64,000 bases of DNA from NCBI RefSeq assembly GCF_964355755.1, contig NC_092678.1:7642422-7706421 (forward strand), in the 5' to 3' direction. Shown piece after piece: positions 49,253 through 61,000 of the stretch (the stretch's first letter is position 1; the number at the start of each line of letters is the position of its first letter). Under the pieces are notes generated by a model, which had not been told where the DNA came from, searched no databases, and was given only the letters and a program-made list of their open reading frames with translations. Source of the DNA: Antedon mediterranea. Lineage: Eukaryota > Animalia > Echinodermata. Both the position numbers and the translations under genes were made by a program.

Positions 49253-51768
49253 CTACTGTATGACTTCGTAAATTGTGTGTCCAGGTGTTTCCTGCAAATG
49301 CCCACCTTAAAGACAAAATGCACATCAACATAATATAGTCTGGTTTACGCATGCGCGATCACATCCCATGTAATTCCCACTATCAAGCAGAGGACAGTGT
49401 AGAATCACAAACTTCAACTTACAGGTAAGTCTCGTTTAATTGTTTAAATATATGGAATTACAGTGTTTGTGAAATTTATGTATATTGATCTTTAACAGAT
49501 TTTTTGACATTTTTAGTCGCGTGGAAGCGACTAAAAATAGTTCACTATGTCGGTCGGTCGGTCTGTCTGTCTGTCTGTCGGTCTGTCTGTCGGTCTGTCT
49601 GTCGGTCTGTCTGTCTGTCTGTCGGTCCGGTATCACTATGCGTTTTATCGCTTTCTCACTTTATCTTGATATCAGTTTAATCTAGCTAGGTCAATTTTTC
49701 ACAGTATATTCCGTATGGCCAGGAATCAATGTGGTTATGTTTTCACGGTGCGCATTAAAAAATTACGCGGTCTACGCACGATTTAACGAAATCACGTTTG
49801 TAATCATATCTTCACAACCATGAATCACAATTAAATAAAATTTGGTACTCATAAATTTCAGGGCATAAATCATCATATGGCAATACAATTATGTGCGTAG
49901 TGCATGTAACGCATGCGTACGCGCGCTTAACATTTTCAAAATTTATTTTCGATGAAATAAGAGTACATTTCAGGCAATTTTAAGCGTTTACAAAATTGCC
50001 ATGAGTGCGCATATTTTTGCGCGCGCACTGCGCGTTAAATGTTATTGCGCACTCTTTTTGCCGGATTTCTGTTTTCTTGAGTTACTTTTCAACTCGAAAT
50101 TACGTTATACGAGCACGTCGAAAGTGACAGGCTACGCACGTGTAAATTTAAAAAAAATAAATGTTTTTAAACATTTCAACATTTTTAAACATGTTCAGTA
50201 ATTTCGGTCAGTATAGTTCACTATGTCGGTCGGTCGGTCTCTCTGTCTGTCTGTCTGTCGGTCTGTCTGTCGGTCCGGTATCACTATGCATTGTAGCACG
50301 CGAATTAATGGCTGTTGGCCTTGTTTAAATTGGTACAGGTGGAAACATTATAGTTGTTTAAGCTTTCACTGTACTATCATGAATAGGCCTAGTGTTTAGC
50401 TATCCCTAAAATGCACTGACTGGTTTATTACTGCTTTCAACAATGTTGTCAGGTAGGGCAGAATTGCTACATCTGAATTTTGCCATGTAACACTTAGTAT
50501 TTGAGCCACAATTTTTAGGCTTGTTAATAGCCCCCGCCTAAATCTGCTCCTGATAACACAGCTATGCTGCTATGTAAGTGATTTTAGTTTGTGTAAGCTT
50601 AGCTAGCCATTGTAGCTTAACTGAAATCTTGTTGTGCTGTTTGTTTTGGAGGGTTGATAGCAGCTACATTGCATGATGCTTAGTATATAGCTATACGCTA
50701 TAATGCGGCTAGTATGTAGTACTGATGGTTAACATTTAAGTTTTTAATAAATATGGTTCATACCAGTATTATGTTGTAAGTCTTGCAGCACTGTAGCATC
50801 ATCAGTAATGCCAGTAGATGTCATGTAGCTTTCAAATCCTGCATTATCACGTCCTGTTGGTATGTTAATATCTTCATAATTACCTATGTTCATCTTTGTT
50901 GAAATATCCAATGTTTGGTTCTTTTGAGAATGATAAATCCTACCAAAAGAAATTTTTATTTTAAGGTACTCTGAAAAATGTTGATGGCACAAAAGAACGA
51001 TAATATTAATATCAGTAGAACTTTGTGATATCTTGAGGTTATGGAAATGAGGAGCAGTTTTTGTAATCTAATTTTCTTATTAAAATAGTAGTGCTACTAT
51101 ATAGTATTGGAAAATGTTGATTTCAATCTACACATTATAAAATTGGTTTTTCCAACATTAATTTTTGAAGTTTAAAAAACAGATAATATAGATATAGGAT
51201 AACAGATAATGAATTAATGTTTAATCTAGTCTAACGTAACCATATACTGTAGTATACACAAAACCCAAGGCTTTTGAAAAACAAAGCATTACCAAATTCT
51301 GACCCAAGTTTTATTTGAAAAAGTGTTATCTAAAGTCTATTGTCTATTTTAAGTTGTTAGTATTCTTTTATGTGAACCACCAGCAGGCATTTCGATTTTT
51401 TGTCTGTAACTTGATTCCAGCTCAAGTATACAAATATGGGCCGACATCTTCCTCAATTTACCAATAATAAGCAGAATCGCCATTTAGAACCTAGACTATG
51501 TTTGAATGTGTACGTGTACCCCACTATCATTTATTTATAGAAAGATTACAAAGATACCACTAGTATAATTGTTATTTAGTATCATAGACAGTTTACTCAG
51601 TATGGATGGTAACCAGTAAAGGCCTGAGTGATAGTAAGTATTTTAAGGAAATAAGTGGATATGTATGAAGTACAAAACCAAACCTGAACAAAGCTGCAGA
51701 CATCACCATTATAATGGTAGCAAAAGTTACTAAAAGTGCTATCAGATAAACAGGTACAGATGGACTGC
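49253..51768 (-). CDS. Gene C TM and cytoplasmic exons (51684-51768, 50764-50939, 49253-49305)
   Basis: TM VPVYLIALLVTFATIIMVMSAALF; tail contains YEDI, DNAGFESY and terminal TIYEVIQ-stop. Confidence 0.8.
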
Positions 51769-52042
51769 CTTCAAATGTAAATAAAAAAGGAAAATATCCA
51801 CAGTAAATCAAAATTGATTAATTTTTTTAAATATCTACAGTAGATATTCTATGATTGGTAGAGAATTTAAAATGGTATTTCATCTGTGCTTTCTTCAACC
51901 CCAACAGGGCTTTTGACCTTGGACACTGGTCCCTAGGCCAGCTAGGTTTAATAAGATCTACACACCACTTCATTAACTTCCACCATAATATCATTTACTG
52001 TTACATCAGTATGAATGATACAAACAACTTCAAAATTGTCTA

Positions 52043-52078
<36 letters not shown>

Positions 52079-55000
52079 TTCACTTTTAGTTTATCAAAAG
52101 GTTTTTAAACAAAACTGACTTACTATCAACAATCTGTACAGTAAATGTACAGCTTCCTGTATTACCAACAGTGTCCATAACAGAACAGGTGACATCAGTT
52201 GAACCAATATTAAATGATGAACCAGAAATTGGAGTACAATTAGCTGACAGACACGTATCAACATTGTCAGTGACAGAAGGTTTATTCCATGTTACTTGAT
52301 TCCGATCAGTGTCAGAATATTCTTCAATATTTTCTGGGCAGATCACAATGGGGGCATAAAAGTCTACAAGAAAAACAGTAGTTTCAAGAAATTGTTTTTT
52401 AAATACAGTAAACAAATATAGAAATATGTAAAAACATTTAATATTAGTTTTAGAAACATTATTTTATTTAACAAAACAAAGTGAAACTTCAAAATAACAA
52501 TCATTATAAAAAAAATGTGTGGAAAATGTAAGTATAGCAATCAATTATAAATGATATTACCATCAACAGTAACTTTAAATACACAGATTCCTATATAACC
52601 AGCAGTATCCTTAGAAAAACAAGTGACATCAGTTGAACCAACTTTCCATGATGAACCAGAAGGTGGATTACAAGTTGCATTCAGATCAGTATCAACATTG
52701 TCAGTAACTAAGGGACTATTCCATGTTATTATGGTTTGGTTAGTGACATTTTTTTTAATGTTTCCTGGGCAAGTCACAATGGGTGCATCAAGATCTATAA
52801 GAAATATTATATTATATACTATTATAAAAAATAAATTAGAAACACTAGTTCTATATTTTGAAACTTTCTGAAATGTAAATTTACTTTTAATAAACAAATA
52901 TTGACAGGATTGTTAATTCTTACTTCACGGGAAACAATACTAAAAATTACAACATATATAAAATAAAATCTATACCATTTGGCCAAAATTGCAGCTTGGG
53001 ACATATTATATGCAAATGCAAACCCATTTAAATTTGTTCAAATTAGTTTCAACCATTCATGTTGAAGTATTTTTTAATTACGGACTGTACCCTTTATGAA
53101 AGTGAATTTTATACTTTTCGAGTTATGTCTAGCTCTTCAAGGGGAGCAAGTGAAAAATGTGAATTTTGAAATTTTCAAAATGGCATGAAATGTGCAGAAA
53201 GTTTAAATGATTTTTCGCATTTTTAATGGTTTAAATTTTTATTTTACATACTCGCATTATTTTGTGTGCAAAACGCCGTTTTTACTTTATAGAAAGTTGA
53301 CCCTTGATATGAATTTATTAAGTTTCAGTTTTTAAATTATAATAAATCATATAATTTTATAAAATATAATCTAAAATTGCACATCTATACTTAGAAGTAA
53401 ATCTTCTGACAATGTTCTGTTTACTAAAATTAGAGATACACTGCCAACAAAAATTGTGAAAAGAATGAAGAATAGCGAAAAAACAATCCTAACAATCACA
53501 AGTTAATTATAACCAATAACATACAATACGACAAAGAGATGTAAAATTCTGGACAGGGGCAGCCTAAGAAAAATACATTGCTTAATTTCAAAAGAGTCAT
53601 GCTACCCGAAACATCTTTGCAATGTTTGTATTTCTTTGATTTCTAGACAGATGCTTTAATTGAAAAAAATATATTACCATTATTAATAACGACTGAAAAT
53701 ATACAGCTTTCTGTATTACCAGCGGTATCCATAGCAGAACAAATAACAGCAGTTGAACCAATATTAAATGATGAACCAGAAGGTGGAGTACAAGTAGCTG
53801 ACAGACCAGTATCAACATTGTCAGTGACTGAGGGGTCATCCCAGGTCACTGTATGTTGGTCTGTGACTGAATTTTCTTTAATGTTTTTTGGGCAGGTCAC
53901 AATAGGAGCTTCAATATCTACAAGAAATAATTCAGATTTACAAATACAAATTAAATCAACAAATTACAGAAACACAACACGATATTGCATGACTACTTTG
54001 ACTTTTGTCTTTGTTAGACATTAGTTATACAATTTTTTAGAATAAATATCCTGGTCGCAAATTCAAATCTAGTTAAAAGTTGTTACTACTAATCACATAT
54101 TTTAAACAAGACAAGATAATATATTTACCATTATTAATAGTAACTGTAAAAACACAGCTTCCTGTATTTCCAGTGGTATCCATAGCAGAACAAGTAACAT
54201 CAGTTGAACCAATATAAAATGATGAACCAGAAGGTGGAGTACAGGTAGCTGACAGACCAGTATCAACATTGTCAGTGACTGAGGGGTCATCCCATGTTAC
54301 TGTATCTTTGACTGTGTTTGAATCTTTTTCAATGTTTTCTGGGCAGGTCACAATGGGAGCTTCAATGTCTACAAAAGATGGTTTAACAATACAAATAAAA
54401 TAGTGTAGTACGTGCTTTAAAAAAATAGTTATTCAATAAGCGCCTTAAAAGCCTGCCATATACAAATTGCACATTTTGTTTAATAAACTTTGCTAGTGGG
54501 TTAAACCATAGTGTTCCCAATAAAACAATGTTTATTTTATTCTGCTGAAATATAAATTATAATTTAGTCAAGATTGCAATTAGCTTTTTAATTTTACAGA
54601 TCACAGACTGTTCCATCTACTGAGAGGGGTGTTCAATGAATTGACTTTTTTTTATAGTCATATCTCACTCTTTGAGGAGAATAGTCTATATTATTGATTT
54701 GTCCAGGTAAGCTAGGCACACAACAGGCTATATTTGCCAAAACTAAAATAGATTAGTTTTTGACAGATTAATCTACAGGAATTAAATGAAAACCCATTAG
54801 GCCAACCTAATTTTGACAAATGAATACAGACAAGCTGACTGGAAGATTTATAAAGCAAATTAATGTAAATAGATGAAAATCAAAAAGTGACATAAACTTA
54901 CTGATAACAATAACTTTTAAAACACAGCTTCCTTTATAACGAGCAGTATCCATAGCAGAACAGGTGACATCAGTTGAACCAGCATTAAATGATGAACCAG

Positions 55001-58000
55001 ATAGTGGAGTACAAGTAGCTGACAGACCAGTATCAACATTGTCACTGACTGTGGGGTCATTCCAAGTCACTGTAACTTGGTTCGAGTTTGTAACTCTAAC
55101 TTGGTCTTCAGGACATACAAGATTAGGATTCTCATTGTCTAAGAATCAATGTGATATTACAATTACAATGGTTATATATTATGTTAACTAATTTCATAAA
55201 AAGTTCTTAAATTATAGATAGTCAATATCAGGACAACACAATGCTACGCATCAAGTCGAGTAATATGGGTGGTCGTTTTTAATGGTTTTTTTTAGCAAAA
55301 GTTATATATTTTAATCTATTTAAAAATATAAACAGTTTATTCAGCGCTATCCAGCATAAACAGGGCCTGTGAAAACGGCAGTGGTCTATGGTACTTTTTT
55401 TACATGCTGTAATCGGCATAAATTCGTAATATAAGAAGTAAGTAAGTAAATTTTGATTGTCATTGGTAAATATATAAAAAACATTTACAGTGAATTGAAT
55501 TTGAATGGTTTCGGCTAACAACAAATGAATAGAACTTAAACTACATGGTGAAATTATCCCCCGCCGGACACATCCCGGTATTTCTAGAACTGGCTTTATA
55601 GAAAATTAATGAAAAACAAAATGTACTTACGATTCACAGTAACTTTAAAAGTACACAATGCTGTTTTACCAGCAGTATTTATAGTATAACAAGCAACTTC
55701 AGTTGAACCAAGACTAAAATGTGAACCAGAAGGTGGAGTACAAGTAGCTACAAGATCAGCCTCTCCATAATCTTGTACAATGGTGTCATTCCAGGTCACT
55801 ATAGTTTGGTCTGTATCTGAATACTTTTTGATGTCCCTTGGGCAGGTTACAATAGGGTCACCAATCCCTACAAGCACAAAAATACATTCATATACTAATG
55901 CATATCGCCTATATTATATGTTAGAGAGAAGTTTTGGTCAGATGTGGTGTTGGGAAAGGTTATGCCACTAAGATATATTATCAATAAACCTCTAAAACAC
56001 AGGACCTATCCTCTACACTACTATTAGTTTCATTCAGGGAGTTACTCAAGATGTGTTTAGGTTCCTGCCAGTAGATATCAGTTAAGTTAATGAATGGAAG
56101 TAGTGTAGCTGTAGCTTGGTGATTAGCGTACTTGCCTTCCAATCCCATGGTTCTGGGTTCAATCCTGACCTAGTGTCAGGGTTGCTTTTGGATGTGTAGA
56201 TATTTTTTAAAAAGTATAAAACAAAATGTTTAAACGTGTTAAAGCATCAATACTTACAAGTTACATTCACTGTAAATGTACAGTTTCCTGTATTGCCAGC
56301 TCTATCAGTCGCATTACATATAACTTTTGTTGAACCAATAGGAAAGTATTGCATAGAAGGTGTACACGTAGCTGACAGATCAGAATCAATATTGTCAGTG
56401 ACAGAGAGGTCATGCTCTAGTATATATGTACCACTTGAAGACTTTGCTAATACCATCTTATCTTGGCATACAACAATTGGTTTTTCATTATCTTGAAAAA
56501 AGTATATTGTCACGTGAAGTTGTGACTGTGATGTATTTTATGCATACAAGTGACGAACTGTATTATGATGCAAATTAGTGAACGACATTATTATGCAAAT
56601 CATTGAATTGTGGTATAGAAAGGACAAGGAGACAGTATGGAGCAAAGCATGAAACTAGCAAGTGGCAGCCAAATGTCAGTTCTTGAAGGAGGAAACGTAT
56701 GAGGCTTAGGCGAAGGCAAACTTATTAATATACATACCAGGAGAGAAGGCAAAGAAATCATTGCGATTGTGGTAAACAGCCAAGAATTCATTGTAATTGT
56801 GGTAAACAGCCAGGAATTCATTGTAATTGTGGAAGACGGCAAAGAACTCATTGTAATTGTGGTAAACGGCAAAGAACTCATTGTATTTGTGGATGGCAAA
56901 GAACTCATTGCAATTGTGGACGGCAAAGAACTTGTTGCAATTGTGGTAAACGGCAAAGAACTCATTGCGATTGTGGAAATAGACCAGGATGTAATTGAGT
57001 GGACATTGTGGTGGACACTAAACGTAATAATAAAGAAGTTATTAGAGAACGTTGTTTGGAATTATGAATTGGGGAAGCTGCCGACCAATTGTGGACTATT
57101 GGAACATTGTAACTATGTATACTTTGGTTTATATGTTGAATTAAAAACCTTGTATGGATTTATGCTTTGTAATATGTTTTAATAATTTACTTTGAAATAT
57201 ATTTTGACATATATATATATGTTATATGGATATGAATTATGTAGTTATTTTTTTCAAAATCAGCCACAATTCAAATACACTATTTACAGAAACACAGGAA
57301 TGGAACATAACTCTGTACCCTTGTCATTTGATTAGATAATTTGTTAACACATGCCATTCAATAATAGTTCTATCACACAGTAAAAGTTCTATTTAATGGT
57401 TCTATTAAATTATTATATTACACAGCAGCTTTTTGTAAAAAATGTGTGCGCTACAGGGGATTAGGGATGAATTTTGAAAACGAATCTCGCATAGCCTTGG
57501 ACATTGGTTAAAGATATAAGCATCAGAATTGAATACAATTTTAATTTTAATAATAGTTTTTATAAAACAAGCATATTTTATTCTTTAAAGTCAATCTTTG
57601 AAGAGAAATTACAGGCTTTTAACTACATGATCTATAAAACAAATATTGAGTAGTGTTTTAATATTAAAATTATTTCATTATTGTATTATATCTTGATAAA
57701 ACTAAACATACCTTCAGCAATAAATTCTACAGAAAAACTACATGCACCAGTATTAGCATCACTATCAGTTGCAGTACATGTTACAGTAGTAGGACCAGAA
57801 GGAAATGAAGAACCGGAAGATGGAGTACAGTTAGCAATCAGCCCAAGGTCAGTGTCATCAATTACTGTGGGTGGATCCCAGGTTACATTAGAGGGTGTAC
57901 CTACCATTACAATGTCACTAGGACAAGTCACAATTGGTATTAAAGCAACTAGAAAAAAACAAATCAATATGTTAAGTTACATCTATATAAAAAGATAATA

Positions 58001-61000
58001 ATCATTTGCTTATGTAAGGATTACTGTCTTTTTATATAGATACAAGTTCACTGGTGGCACAGAATCTTGAACCCAATAAAACAATTTAGCTGTAAGCAAT
58101 ATGTTTGATCAGTGATCACTGAACTGTGACTTACTAACTCTTAAGCTCTGTCTACGCTATCACACTTTATGTGACAAAAAAATGTGCCCATATGGACATG
58201 ATGATGCCATATCCCATATTTGGAAATATCGCTACCATTGGGAATATCACCACCGTATTTGGACACATATATTTTTGTCAAACTGGTTTGATAGTGTAGA
58301 CAGAGTTTTATGGCGCAACATTATTGTTTTTATACAAATGACTTTATTATTTACTCAGTACATTAACAATGATGGTAGTACCTTTTGTGGCTGAGCATTG
58401 CTGACCACCGAATAGAAAAACCCTCTTTTAAAAAATCAACTTACTTCCATTGACGTTTACATAACAAACAGTGATCTCATTACTTCTCCTTTGAAAAAGA
58501 AAAATAAATCGTCCATTACTAGGTTGAATAAAATCTATCCAATAGTAAGTATATTTAGAATCAAGGAATCCACATCTGTTACTGGCATTTAAAGGTGAAT
58601 CTTCACTATCAACAACATACACCTCTATTCCATAATTACGTACTAAAATAAAAAGATAATGAAAATTATCTCAACCACTAATTACAGTAAAATCCCATTT
58701 ACATTGTACTTTTATCAACTTTTCTGAATATGTTTAGTGCAATTTGTAACATACAAAGCCAAAATATGTTTACCTATACTAAGGATATTTTATGTCTGTG
58801 AAGTTGGTTACTAGTTCCTAGTTCCTAGTTCCTTATTCAAATTAAATTAAAGGGACAGTCACAAATATTTTTAAAAACAGATTTCAATACGTAATAACTG
58901 TCTAATTGAGTTGTTATTGCATCGACATGTTAGTCTTGACCTCCTCTACTTCTTCCGGTCAAAGCTCAATAACATTTTATGCATTTACGCCCTCTACGGC
59001 GAATAAGTAACTAGCTTTTACGAACGTTATAACACTTGACCTACTTAATTTTTTCAAAATATTTTGGTATGGATCGATCACCCTTGACTTACTCTATCGT
59101 TTTCTACCCCAGTTCCGCGAACTTTTTTGCGTCTACGCCCTCAACGGCGAATAAGTAACTGGCTTTTTACGAACGTTATAACACTTGACCTACTTAATTT
59201 TTTCAAAATATTTTGGTATGAATCGATCACCCTTGACCTACCCTACCATTTGCCACCCCAGTTCCGGGAACTTTTTTGCGTCTACGCCCTCTACGGCGAA
59301 TAAGTAACTGGCTTTCACGAACGTTATAACACTTGACCTACTTAATTTTTCCAAAATATTTTGGTATGACTCGATCACCCTTGACCTACTCTACCATTTG
59401 CCACCCCAGTTCCGCGAACTTTTTTGCATCTACGCCCTCTACGGCGAATAAGTAACTGGCTTTACGAACGTTATAACACTTGACCTACTTAATTTTTTCA
59501 AAATATTTTGGTATGAATCGATGACCCTTGACCTACTTTACCATTTGCCATCCCAGTTCCGCGAACCTTTTTGCGTCTACGCCCTCTACGGCGAATAAGT
59601 AACTGGCTTTACGAACGTTATAACACTTGATCTACTTAATTTTTTCAAAATATTTTGGTATGAATCGATCACTCTTGACCTACTCTACCATTTGCCACCC
59701 CAGTTCCACGAACTTTTTTGCGTCTACGCCCTCTACAGCGAATAAGTAACTGGCTTTTACGAACGTTATAACACTTGACCTACTTAATTTTTTCAAAATA
59801 TTTTGGTATGAATCGGTCACCCTTGACCTACTCTACCATTTGCCACCCCAGTTCCACGAACTTTTTTGCGTCTACGCCCTCTACAGCGAATAAGTAACTG
59901 GCTTTTACGAACGTTATAACACTTGACCTACTTAATTTTTCCAAAATATTTTGGTATGAATCGATCACCCTTGACCTATCGTAACTATTATCACTCAATG
60001 AATAGTGTGCGCTTTTTAATTGTTAATATTAACGGTAACAGTATTAATGAATATGTTAATTTTGCTGTTATAAGGTAGTGTAAACTGTTTTTAAGTAACA
60101 GTTGCTGTAATGACATTTTAAAAAAACATTAGTTCAGCTTTGTTTTTTTTGTTCGCTTATAGATGGGTACTGTAAGATGATGTCATTGTATGTGGGTGAT
60201 TTTTTTAAACATTCTAGGTCTACAGTGGTAAAATATTTAGTAATTTATAGATTTTATAATGAAAGACATTTATGCCGTAAACCATATGCGTAAGAACACC
60301 ATTTAAACAACTTAATGTGATGCAACATTTAAATACAATTATCTTCCTACATCATAACATGAGAAACAAAATGCAATGGGAAAAAAATTGCTTTTGACAG
60401 TTTTGAAAGAAATTATTGTATAATGTTATATAAGTTATGAAAGAGTAATAATAGGCATATTTAAATTGTTAAATAACAAATTATTTCAGCTACTTACAAT
60501 TCAACATTACATTCGTTACATTACAATTATTGTATTGTTTTTAAAACAACTTTCATCATCCAGGGAAGAATGTGCGCTCTTTAATTTAATAAAGGATTAA
60601 TTAGATGTTTTACCCTACTCTGACGTAATTTGTACTTTATACTAAGTACATTTGAGAATACTTGCGAAAAAAATCGCAAGTAGTTCTCGGGTGGGACTCG
60701 AACCCACAACCTCCAGATCACTAGCCTGGCGTCTAGACCACCGAGCTCGGTGGTCTAGAGGTATGAACGCCAAGTGTAAACTGTTTTTAAGTAGCAGTTG
60801 CTGTAATGACATTTATAAAAAACGTCAGTTCAGACTTGGTTTGTATGTGTGCTTTTATAGAATGGGTAAGTAAGCACGTTTAAAAAGATATTACATTTGA
60901 TCGATTGCAACTGTTGTAATTAACGAGAAAAAAAAGCCCGGCATAACATTTAATGAAGTGGGGCGGTATTGAATAACTATGCAGTATGTCGTCACATGTT

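Noticed and set aside
49436-49685. ORFs with DRQT / SVCL repeats
   Set aside because: Translations of a tetranucleotide microsatellite inside a transposon.
56600-57182. Repetitive ORFs (VVNGKELI repeats; Ser/Thr-rich mucin-like reading)
   Set aside because: They arise from a 27-30-bp minisatellite inside a TG..CA solo LTR and have no counterpart in gene B.
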